A stretch of 64,000 nucleotides of DNA from Octopus sinensis (lineage: Eukaryota), in assembly GCF_006345805.1 (NCBI RefSeq), contig NC_042999.1, forward strand, positions 168,330,001-168,394,000, read 5' to 3'. Below, one piece after another: positions 51,645 through 64,000 of this stretch (positions within the stretch are counted from its first letter, which is position 1; each line of letters opens with the position of its first letter). A program made the position numbers and the translations under genes. Under the pieces are notes generated by a model. That model was not told the DNA's origin. It did no database searches and saw only the letters and a list, made by a program, of their open reading frames with translations.

Positions 51645-53052
51645 GTTTCCCCCACCAGCGCTTGACAACAGATGTTGCTGTTTTTATGTCTCCATAACTT
51701 AGTGGTTCAGCAAAAGAGAGCTATAGAATAAGTACTAGGCTTACAAAGAATAAGTCCTTGGATCGATTTCGTTGACTATAAACCCTTTAACCCTTTCGTT
51801 ACTATATTTCTGACCAAAATACACCCCTCATGAGTTTCAATTAAATTCTAAAATAATCATGAATTTAGGCTTGTTTCATTAAATAACTGTAACTTTTTTA
51901 CTTATCAACATATTAATGTGATATTTGGAACATAATTAAAGAAAGGGTTCTTAATTAATTCTATTGCATAACTTTTGTCTCAAAGTGACTTTAATTACAG
52001 GTAAATCCAGGTAAATTGAGCAAAAGGTAAAAATATTAAAATTTTTAATTGAGCAAAAGGTAAAAATATTAAAATTTTGTTTAAACATCACCATAGAAAA
52101 TGAATCATCAGCTAATATTCAAATGGGTATGCAACAAAATTTTGATAAAGAAGAATTGTGCACATCACTAGATCCTCAGTTGAATTTAATGCACGACAGG
52201 TGTACCATAAAGGTGGAATAAACTGAAATACTGGAATCCACCGCAAGTTTGACCGAACTAAAGAAACCGGTCAAAAAATAATATACGGCCCTGGTTATGG
52301 TATGGAAGCGATAAATTCCAGACCACATCGTTCCCTAGGTCATGCTGACTAACATTATTTTCCCTGTATAAAAACTAAATCCACGCAGTACCCAGTAATT
52401 TGCTTCACAAATTTTCCGAAATTTGAACCCCCATTTTGTGTTTGTTTACATTCTGCGTAAGTTTGTTTCCGCATTGATTGCTTCAAACAATAACTTCCAG
52501 ACCACATCATACCCTAAGCCATGCTGACTAACATTAGTTTCCCTGTATAAAAACTAAATCCACAACAGTACCCAGTATTTGCTTCACAAATTTTCCAATT
52601 CGGAATCAATGCTTGATAACATGAAACTCCTATCCATTTTCAAAGTTGAAGAAAAATCGATGCCGAAAAAAATGTGGAAAAAAATCTCCCAAAATTCAGA
52701 GAATTAAAATTACACGTCGATCCTTGTACAAAACTGTAGATGAACTTTTTACGAAGCATAATCACGTGTTTTCACGAATGTACTAAAGAGATTTGCTCTG
52801 ATATTCTCATTTAAATATGAATAGGTAAATTTGGGCGGCTTTGGGCGGTTTGGTCACAGTAACCAAAATGTTTTTCGGGCGGCTTTGGGCGGTTTGGTCA
52901 CAGTAACCAAAATGTTTTTCGGGTGGCTTTGGGCGGTTTGGTCACAGTAACCAAAATGTTTTTCGGGTGGCTTTGGGCGGTTTGGTAACGAAAGGGTTCA
53001 GGTGGTGTTCCAGCATGGCTGCAGCCAAGTGACTAAAACAAGTAAAAGAATA
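51645..53052 (+). mobile_element. SINE family A 3' half, split by a piggyBac-type element
   Basis: ...gatcgatttcgttgactataaaccctttaa [insertion] ggtggtgttccagcatggctgcagcc...aagtaaaagaata. Confidence 0.75.
51791..52996. mobile_element. 1.2-kb non-autonomous piggyBac-type element
   Basis: TTAA|ccctttcgttac ... gtaacgaaaggg|TTCA; termini shared with P2 MITEs; internal 102-bp duplication and 46-bp subterminal tandem repeats; no transposase seen. Confidence 0.85.
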
Positions 53053-53639
53053 ACTTTTTATATTGTTACCTTTCATGATTAAGAATTGAGACTTTTTTCC
53101 TTTCGTTAATTCAACTACTTGAGATAGTATAATAATATACCTTGCCTAGGATACAGTACCCAGAACCAATTGGGAAGCTAACTTCTTACCACAGAGCTGT
53201 TTGAAGAAACTCAGAGCTTAGTGGGTTTGCCTTACTTATTTTGTTGAAATACCAGATGTCTTTGCTGTTCTATCTTTATGTATTCACTGGTCCCTACATA
53301 CTGATAAATCTAAATTGGTTATCTTACAGGTTTTTTTCTTAACTGTGTTACCTCACAATGGGAATTATAGAATTTTTTAGTATAACATTATTACCATTTA
53401 TCTTGTTTCAGTCGTTTGGCTTCAGTTATCCTGGGGTACTGCCTTGAAAGGGTTTTAGTCAAAAGAAGTAACTGCATTAGTTATTTTTTTTTAAAGCTTG
53501 GTACTTATTCTATTGATGTCATTTCCTGAACCGCTAAGTTACAGGAACAAACAAACCAGCACTGGTTGTCAGACAATGGTAGTGGTGATGAGGCACAATC
53601 ACAATGTCACACACACACACATGCACACATATGATGATA

Positions 53640-54060
53640 TCTAATTGTGGAGGGAAGACCCAGGAAGTTTTGGGACAAAGTGGTGAGAAAGGATCTTCAG
53701 ATATTGAGCCTCACCAAGGAGATGACAAGAGGCCAAAACTTCTGGTAATATGCTGTGCTTGAGAACAGGTATCAAGCTAAGTAAAATCATGGCCATCCAT
53801 ACATACAGGCATGTCTTTTTTGGCAGAGCCCCCCACACACCATATACATAATTCTGTCCTCTATCAGACCTCCCTACAACCTATCTTTCCCACACCCCAC
53901 CACCCACTGCAGGTCCCTCAACACTTTATCATGTGCCTATCTGCACACTCTACATGACCTCACATACCTACCATACTCAAGAATCTAATGATGGTTGCTT
54001 CTGATAGGACCCTATGGAGGAGATATGCGAGGACTCTATCCTGATGACCTTTGTAAGAAT
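53640..54060. mobile_element. Decayed RTE C-terminal fragments, apparently in both orientations
   Basis: Plus strand GRPRKFWDKVVRKDLQILSLTKEMT...W*YAV; weaker minus-strand similarity downstream. Confidence 0.5.
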
Positions 54061-54366
54061 AATGAGTAGAGATGATGGATGGATGCAGGGACTCAGGTGG
54101 GTTGGTATCAAGAGTTAATAAGAATTCCTAACTCATGAAAACATCTAAAATATTTGAGAAAAACATTTCATTAGACACAGCTTTTGAGATTTTGTATCTG
54201 TGTTACATTTGATACAGCTAGTAAAATAAGCATATATAAAAGGTAGTCAGATTTATGGTACCTCAATAATTCCCATATTGTATTAGTGTAGAGATGATCT
54301 CTTAATATAGTGCTGATCTTGTATCAGACACCTGTTTCTGTACTTTGATTACTGCAATATCATTAA

Positions 54367-54758
54367 CTAGCAGTATCGCCCGGCGTTGCTCGGGTTTGTA
54401 AGGGAAATAACTATATAAGCATTTTTAGAGAGTTATAGCCAAAAAATAGCAAAAAAATGCATTAAAAATGGAAAAAAAATTATGGTAAATTTTTTTTTAA
54501 ATCGTTGACTCATCGTAGACATTTTTAGAGAGTTACTTCCCTTAGCGAAAAAAATGCATTAAAATGGAAAAAAATGATGGTAAATTATTTTTAAAATCGT
54601 AGACTCATCGTAGATGCGCACTAATACCCAGAAGGGCTCGATATGAATCACGACTATAAGATACCCGCTTTTGGTTACACTGCACCGCAAAATGTGGGAG
54701 TAGTTAGGAATCTAAATCGTAGGAGACAGACACACAACTTGACTTTTATATATAAAGA
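54367..54758 (-). mobile_element. Non-autonomous Helitron
   Basis: TC...CTAG, A/T target, same hairpin; close copy of 9525-9920. Confidence 0.9.
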
Positions 54759-55176
54759 TGTGTCTCAGAGAATATACATTGCATTACTTTTATTTCATAG
54801 GTCAGCATAAAAGGCTTAAGATTTGTTAGTCAGAAAGAATACAGAGTTGTGACATTTCTTCTTTCCCTACAAAGATCTGGAAAAGGAAACTAGGGTACTA
54901 CCTCAGTTCACTCTGAAGTCAACCTCACTTTTGTGCCATTAATTTTTTAGTTAGTAAAATATAAAAATAAGCTATGTTTATTTTATTCAAGATTTTTAAA
55001 CATGGAAACAATTACGTTTCAAATTGAACTTTGTCATTCAATAAAAAGGGATTATTATAATTTATTAAGTTTATATTCTGTGTGGTTTATGATTATGTAA
55101 TGTCAGAAGGTATGAGTTAGGTAATAACAAAATTACTATAATTAGGAATAAGAAATGCAGAATATCATTTTCTCTG

Positions 55177-55212
<36 letters not shown>

Positions 55213-55424
55213 CTCCTCTCTCACATTATTTTACATGCAATTTGCCAAACAAGCTTGTTTATGACTTATGGCAACATGAATATTCTTGGAACAAATTTTA
55301 GTTTTTGAGCAGCTGGATGCTCTTCTCACTCAGACTAAACCAAGTAAACTTATTTACTCAATACAAAGTACACTGTATTGCTTGGAATTGCACAAATGAA
55401 GAGGTAGATGAGTATAGAACAGTA

Positions 55425-55616
55425 ATAAGAAAATGAGATGGCAAAGGAATGAATGGTTATCTTATGAATTTCCTTAGCTAACAGCCGTTTCTGCTATAAA
55501 ATGCAGTGGGCTTGGGCACTTTTCTATGAGTCCACTGCAACTTATAGCAGAAACAGCTATAAGCTAATAACGTTCATAAGATAATCATTCATTCCTTTCA
55601 TATCCCATTTTCTTAT
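55425..55616. repeat. About 190-bp imperfect inverted repeat (foldback/MITE-like)
   Basis: Arms pair almost throughout, e.g. aaggaatgaatggttatcttatgaa with ttcataagataatcattcattcctt, gtttctgctataa with ttatagcagaaac, tgcagtgg with ccactgca; 22-nt loop. Confidence 0.85.
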
Positions 55617-56123
55617 ATGTGTGTGGGTGTGTATATATATATATGATATATAAATCTTTCGGATTTCGAGCAGATTGCTAAGTAATATTTAGTTACTGCT
55701 CAGTACATTCTGAGTTACCTTTTCCTTTCATCCTCACAAGGTTGGTAAAATGAAGAACAATTTAAATATAGACTACAATACTCTCCCTCAAATTGTGTGT
55801 CAGTGTGTATATAGTATGCGTATATGTATGTATAAGTAATAAATGTATATATATATATATATATATACGAAAGAAGGTTTGAAAATGCAATTTTAAAAGA
55901 TGTTTATTTACTTTACCGGTTTCACTCTTTGGATAAAGATTGTCAATAGTAACATGTAGAAGTTTGGTTGCGTTAATTATTGGTTGTTACAAAGTGCTAC
56001 ATTACATATATACAGTCTTTGGTAACAAGGACATGTTAAGGACATAAAAAAGTTTAACAGGTTCCTTAAAATATTGGGCACAAAAGATTACAACATAAAT
56101 AATCATTCTCAAGAATATGTTAA

Positions 56124-56343
56124 CCCTTTTGTTACTGTATTTATTTTGAGATGCTCTGTGTTTCTTTCAATTACTTTAAATATAACAAAATATTTTGTAA
56201 AATAACTTAATTATCATTAAGCTAGTGTTAGGAGCATAAATTGTGACTAAGGTTCGATGGCAGATTTTAATTCAAAACTTATAAAAACAAGATATTTGTA
56301 CTCAGGCCCAGAGCCGGTTTCAGCCGGGTTGGTAACGAAAGGG
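56124..56343. mobile_element. piggyBac-type MITE (family P2)
   Basis: TTAA flanks; reverse complement of 19944-20164. Confidence 0.9.
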
Positions 56344-56404
56344 TTAAAGATAGTTTCCAGAAGGAATTATTAAAAAGTTCAGTGGGATATTGGTATTGTA
56401 TCTC

Positions 56405-56570
56405 CAGGCGAAATGCTTTGCAGTATTTCGTCTATCGTTATGTTCTGAGTTCAAATTCCGCCGAGGTCGACTTTGTCTTTCATCCTCTTGGGGTCGATAA
56501 ATAAAGTACCAGTTTCGCACTGGGGTCGATGTAATTGACTTAATCCATTTGTCTGTCCTTGTTTGTCTGT
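56405..56570 (+). mobile_element. SINE family B fragment
   Basis: caggcgaaatgc...gagttcaaattccgccgaggtcgactttg...gtccttgtttgtc. Confidence 0.8.
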
Positions 56571-56733
56571 CACAACCTTACAGCAGTCTGGAACAACCAA
56601 AATCTTAGTCAGTGGAGGACTCTACTATCTCATATGTTCTTAAAATTTAAATCCACATCTTTGTCTATATATCTACCTTCTCTATAATGTTGCCACTTGA
56701 TGTGAAAATTTTTGTATCAATGGAAAACCTCTA

Positions 56734-56826
56734 TAATTGGCTGATGAGTACTCAGCATCTTAAATCTGTTGTAATACTTACAACATTTAATAAAATGATG
56801 TAGTACGAAATGATCGTATCAAATTA
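56734..56826 (+). ncRNA. Type I hammerhead ribozyme motif with a long structured stem II
   Basis: UAAUUGG CUGAUGA GUACU [nested hairpin] AGUAC GAAA UGAUCG UA UCAAAUUA; G10.1-C11.1 pair, 7-bp bulged stem I, GUA triplet. Confidence 0.7.
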
Positions 56827-57014
56827 CCAGAGTCATTCCTGTTGCTTATTTTGATTATAATCACCCCAAGGATTTTTATGGATAACCATACAAAATTCTG
56901 GTGCATCTAAATTAAGTACCATATTCATTTGAATCTAAATTTTTGCTGAACTTATATGTATATATATATATATGTATATATATACATGTATATATTTATA
57001 TATGTATATATATA

Positions 57015-57860
<846 letters not shown>

Positions 57861-59803
57861 AATATCATTATATAGTACATTATATTACTTCCTACTAATT
57901 TCCAAAGTGTCATTAAAGTTAGCATCAATATCGTTGTCAATACCATTAATGCTACCATTATTATCTTTCATAATATTATTAATAACGCTTACATTAGGAT
58001 CCAAAGTGGCACATATGTATGTCCGGGTTCCAGTTAGTAATTTTCTTTATGACATAAATACACTATTGGATTTGAATTTAAATTATCATTGTCTTACTCA
58101 CGGTTGGTTCGCTGAGAGCCGCCCGACCTCCACCACACCGCACAAGAAAAACATACACATCCACATCCAACCCTAAACCCACATGTCCACACAAAAACCC
58201 ACACACACATGAATACACCCCGACACATCCCTACACATTCACTAGATTGCTGAGTGTATGTCTGTCATCGCATGGCTTATAGACAAATCAGTTCAGGCAG
58301 CAGTGTCTATACACTAACACACACTCTCACACGCACATCCGCATATACTCATAAATATTAATACACTCTCATATACTGTGTCAGGGAACATTCGCACACA
58401 CATATATACATATTTAAATATATATCCGCGCACTCATACATACAAATAAAACCTATACTTATATCCACCCATGAATAAATATTCGCATATACATATATAC
58501 ATATCCAAATACGCACCTGCGTACTCATATGTATAAGAAAAACATACATCCGTACATCCACCCATGTACAAAACATACGTACACATACACATTTTCACAC
58601 ACCTCGACACCTCAACCCACATCCACTAAATCATAAATTAAAATATATGTCTGCCCATCCAAAGACGTATATACACATACACAAAAAGTAAACAGAAGTT
58701 ACTATTAATTTAGATATAAGTTCATTAATTATAAGTTAGTAAGTGCCAAATAAACAAAAATAAAAAATTAAATAAATATAAATATATATATATATACATA
58801 TATATCCATGTATAGATAAATAGATAAATAAAATGGAATACAAATTAAGAAGAGCACAAAGATAAACCTAATATAGTAAATATAAGTGGATACGCCGAAA
58901 TGCACCCACATGCGCGCCTCCGCACGGACACGCAAATTCATGGCTGGGCCCACACGCACACGTCCCTACCGCACGCACGATCACCGAGATGCACACCAGA
59001 ACGATAGTCTTAAGTTCAACCTGCGTACACTACACTATCATATTTTGCACTGTATGATCACTACCTTGTATAGTAGGGGTGGGGTTGGTGTGAGGACTTT
59101 AGAAGTGTTCATGGGAGGCAACCAAAGATGACGAAATAGGGACTTCCAGTATAGGTGGAGGGGGTGGGAGGGCAGACGAAATAGGGACTTCCAGTATGGG
59201 GGGAGGGCGGGCGAACTGCGAACTAATAAACATGTGCTAGGAGTTGTAAGAGAGAGATAGAGCGACAGACAGACAGGGTGATTGCCGATAGGTAGATAGA
59301 TGGATGGATGGGCGCATAGTGAGCCAGTGGGGGTGGGGGTCACGATATGCAGGAGGAATGGTTCCGGGGATTTGGAGAAAGACAAATTTGAGACGAGTGA
59401 TTGTGTGATTGTTATCACAGCCATCAACAAGTAAGAACGAAAATATAGAACTGAAATGAAATGTGTGAGTTAAGAGGAAAAAATAGAACTATATTTACAG
59501 ACAAAATAAGGTAGAAAAGAGGGAAGATAATAATAAAGGTTTACGATGAAAAATACTGACAGAAATACAATGAGATGTAGATACAAGTTGAAGTTAAATC
59601 TCTTATCTGTAATTTTCATCCACTGAGATTCGTATTTCACAGCCAAGGAATCGAGGTGTAGTAAGAGGGTCCGCAGGCAAGCTTTAGTTTATATAGGGTG
59701 GTGGGTGGGGAAGTAGGAAGTAGGTCTTGGCTAAACTAAAGTAATATATACATATATAGACATATATATGTATATATATATGCATTTATATATATATACA
59801 TAC

Positions 59804-59841
<38 letters not shown>

Positions 59842-59857
59842 TTTATTTTATAGAAGG

Positions 59858-59908
59858 AGCTTCTACAGGACTAGAACTGTTTCATTCAAATAAAATCATC
59901 AGGAAGCT
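59858..59908 (-). ncRNA. Compact type I hammerhead ribozyme motif
   Basis: AGCUUC CUGAUGA UUUUAUUUGAAU GAAA CAG UUCUAGUC CUG UA GAAGCU: perfect 6-bp stem I, 4-bp stem III, weak stem II. Confidence 0.7.
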
Positions 59909-60149
59909 TGCTGTCAAAATAAGTTCTGGCATTTATACATTTAGGCAGATTTAATGGGGTGGTGGTGGGGGGACATTTTTTGGGTAAGCAGGGCACAAAC
60001 TGTCTTTCTTAGGGGAGTGGTCAAAAGAATCAGTGATAAAGTAAATAAATGAATAAATAGAATAATTGAATAGAGTTTTAGGTAAATTAGAAGACTATCG
60101 CTTTTAGTCATTTTGTTGTTGTTGTTATTAAGTGGAGGGAAGAAGTAGA

Positions 60150-60290
60150 TAAGTATACATAAAAGAACATATAAAATAAATATACATACAAACCCACATA
60201 CATACACATGCGAATATCCATACATATACATATACATGTGCTCATGTATATACATACAGACACACACATACATACATATAAATACACTAG

Positions 60291-60324
<34 letters not shown>

Positions 60325-61562
60325 CATACATACACATACATACACACACACACACACATATATACATACACATATATATACAAATACACATACACATACA
60401 TGCAAACACGCAAACACATGTACACATATATCTACACATATATATATAAAAAATATACACACCCATACACACACACACATATATATATTTTTTTCCTCTC
60501 TCCTCATCTTCCTCCCTTATTTTATTTTTATTTTCCCTTGACTGTCTTCAAAATCATAAAAGGTATAATATATGACCTACCTACCCACCGACACACATTT
60601 AGTGGCGCTAGAGTAGACAAACGCCAAAAGTTCCTAGAACTCCCCAGGGTTCCAGCAGGCCTAAATGAAATCCACATACCGCTCCCCTCTCCCTTCCTTT
60701 CTATCTCTTTACCCACAGATACAAACGCAAATACTCACACACACACACACACTCACACGCACACTCATACACATACACAAACACACATGTTCTCTCACTC
60801 ATTTCCTCCTCATCCACTTATACATATGTATATATCTCTCTCTACATGCACATATATATACATATACATATATATATATATATACATACACAAGTACACA
60901 TATGCATACATACATAAATGTACCCACTTTCATATAAACGTATACATAACTATGTACACACAAACACACATATATAAACGTACTTCAGTACACATAAACA
61001 CACATAAATATCTGCCTGCATATATAAACGCATATGCTCATATAAAACCATATGTGCATATAAACATACATACGTATATATACGCATCCATACGCTTATA
61101 AATACATATATGCACACATGCATGCATACATGTGTACATAAATGCATACATGCACATAGATACCTACACACATATATACATACATGCACATACATACATA
61201 TATATATACATACATATATATATATATATACACACACATATATACATACATACATACACCCACACACAAGTATACAAGCATATATATGTATATATATACA
61301 CATACATATACGTATATACCTACATATATATACATATATATACTTACACCCATACACCAATATACATATACATACCTACATACACATACATACATATATA
61401 TATATATATAAGCACATGCACATACAAATACACTTACGCATATCTACACACATACACACACACATATATATATACATATATAAAAAAAGTCTACAAGTCC
61501 ATACATATACACACCTACATATACACATATACATATATATATATATACACATACATATATAC

Positions 61563-61645
<83 letters not shown>

Positions 61646-62045
61646 TATATATATATATATACATACATACATACACCCACACACAAGTATACAAGCATAT
61701 ATATTATATATATATATATATATATAATATATATATATATACACAAATACACATATATACATATATATACACAAATACACATACGCATACATAAATATAT
61801 ACATATGTATATACACATGCATACACATACACACACACGCGCATCTATATATACATAAATACATACAAGCCTACATACATATACATATACACATATACAT
61901 ATATGCATACACAAATAATAAATATATATACATGCAAATACCTATACTTACACATACACATACGCGTACATATACATATACATATATATATATATATATA
62001 TACATATATATATACATAAAAACACACATGTATATATATATATAT
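60150..62045. repeat. About 1.9-kb compound (CA)n/(TA)n/(CATA)n low-complexity tract
   Basis: Direct inspection; source of many spurious ORFs. Confidence 0.95.
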
Positions 62046-62644
62046 AAGAAATATTGAATTTCTAAATCTCTCGTAGAGACCTGTACGGTGGTGGGGCGAT
62101 AGAATGGTTGTATACTGTCAATCTAACAAGAACGTGACAGTAGGGGGTACACCACCGTTGTATAGCCCTTGGAGTTATAAATGATTGCTTTTTGTAAATA
62201 CCTATCCATGTCTTAACATACAAATGAATAGACTTTTGTATAACCGCTTATTTAGTTTATTGTCTATAAGTTAATTTCAGATATAAATTGTTATTACGAT
62301 AAACTAATATGATTTATTTAACTAATAATCTGACCGCCTATTGTTTACAACAGATCAAGCAGATAAGTTCAAATGAATTAGCCAATTAGAAATAGCTTAT
62401 GATTTAAAATAACCGCCCCCTAACCCCCAATGATTTTGAAAATCTTTAATATACATATAACATAAGCATAAATAATGTGGATTAAATTTAGCTTTGACAA
62501 AAAGTTAGGAATTACTCTTTTGGATTTTACAATTGAATTTGTTTGCTTTACGTGGATGTATAAAATGATAACTATATTCTGATTGTCTGGTTTATATGCT
62601 TATACGCATGTATTTTTGTATGCATTTATATTTATATGTATGAA

Positions 62645-63157
62645 CTAGCAGTATCGCCCGGCGTTGCTCGGGTTTGTAAGGGAAATAACTATATAAGCAT
62701 TTTTAGAGAGTTACTTCCCTTATAGATGCCAATTCGGGCTTTCTTAGCCATTTCTGTTTTGGTGTCTTCAAGCCATGAAGTCGTTGTTCTAAAAGAACGC
62801 TGGTCTCCTTGACAACGCATTACGACGTTGATTTCCTTAAACTCCCTTCCCCACAGCTTCACGAGGGAGGGAAGAAGGGGGAGAAGCAAACAGGTGCAGC
62901 TGTGACCATGGACGCCAACTCCGCCGCCATCGACACACGAAAAATTATGCATTAAAATGGAATAAAAAATGATGTTAAATTATTTTTAAAATCGTAGACT
63001 CATCGTAGACGCGCGCTAATACTCAGACGGGCTCGATATGAATCACGACTATAAGATACCCGAATTTGGTTAAACTGCACCGCAAAATGTGGGAGTAGTT
63101 AGGAATCTAAATCGAAGGGGACAGACACTCACACAACTACAGTTTTATATATATAGA
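62645..63157 (-). mobile_element. Non-autonomous Helitron with a 214-bp extra internal segment
   Basis: Same termini as 9525 and 54367; 62725-62938 is absent from those copies. Confidence 0.88.
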
Positions 63158-63678
63158 TATATGAATATATTGAATCTTGTATCGCGAATTTTATGATATG
63201 TTAGAAGACATAGTATGTAAGATCTGTTGAAGATTATTGTTAATACAATAATATTGTTGTTACTGATAAGCATAGATGTGTTTATATGTTCTAATGTATT
63301 TATATACATATATGACGTATGGTATATCCACTGGAATATATTGTTTGTGTTCATTAATGTATTTTGCACATGTGAATAGTATATATGCTTTGCTTATGTA
63401 TGTATATGTGTGTATATATGTATTTGTATATACATATATAGTTCAAAGTGAGATAGGGGCTATGAGTGTAACCCACTATGGGATATCAGTTATCCAATAT
63501 ACTGCTGGTGAAGCACCCAAAAGGCAAATACATAAATGCTTATAATTGCAATGCAATTAATTCATTTATTGTTTCGGATGGGCGAAGGTAAAATATTTTA
63601 CCTCAAATTCATAATACAAAATAAGAAAATGGAGGAACAGATTCCTTTCAATCATCGACTTAATATCTGTAAGTATTT

Positions 63679-63728
<50 letters not shown>

Positions 63729-63771
63729 TTGTTTATTGTTTATTTTTTATATATTAAGTAATATGTTTAGT

Positions 63772-64000
63772 ATCATCATCATCATCATTTAGCGTCCGTT
63801 TTCCATGCTAGCATGGGTTGGACGGTTCAACTGGGGTCTGTGAAGCCGGAAGGCTTCATCAGGCCCAGTCAGATCTGGCAGTGTTTCTACGGCTGGATGC
63901 CCTTCCTAACACCAACCACTCCGCGAATGTAGTGGGTGCTTTTTACGTGCCACCCGCACAGGTGCCAGACAGAGCCGGCAAACGGCCATGAACGGATGGT
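63772..64000 (-). mobile_element. RTE 3' UTR fragment running off the window
   Basis: (cat)n tail and terminus nearly identical to 23574-23905. Confidence 0.88.

Noticed and set aside
59410-59746. Possible additional solo LTR (tgttat...gtaata, minus-strand TATA)
   Set aside because: No matching TSD, no homology to the four clear LTRs, and both ends are imperfect.
63500-63535. ctggtgaagcacccaaaaggcaaatac, hammerhead-like order
   Set aside because: Both core halves are mutated and stems I and III cannot be drawn.

Overview
This is eukaryotic, very AT-rich, repeat-dominated DNA. The repeat families look like those of an octopod cephalopod (probably Octopus); that assignment is from recognition, not a database search. 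No prokaryotic genes, CRISPR arrays, rRNA or true tRNA genes are present, and most ORF-track entries are artefacts of (TA)n/(CA)n microsatellites. Retroelements: an RTE-clade LINE and about a dozen 5'-truncated copies of its 3' UTR, two CR1/Jockey-group LINE families, a decayed Penelope-like GIY-YIG element, four tRNA-derived SINE families and four solo LTRs, all in ATAT targets. DNA elements: two mariner relics, a pogo/Tigger relic, piggyBac-type MITEs and three non-autonomous Helitrons. A candidate host gene starts near 10.05 kb (E-box and YY1-like motifs, a signal-peptide-like first exon, a gtgagt donor), so most of the window may be intronic; the gene could not be identified. The most notable result is three complete type I hammerhead ribozyme cores (42997-43123 minus, 56734-56826 plus, 59858-59908 minus) plus several decayed ones. 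They lie in Penelope-like remnants, and two have unusually long stem II insertions and palindromic stem III. Hammerheads in Penelope elements are known in general, so novelty of these variants is unproven. About 27.8-30 kb looks like low-quality assembly consensus.
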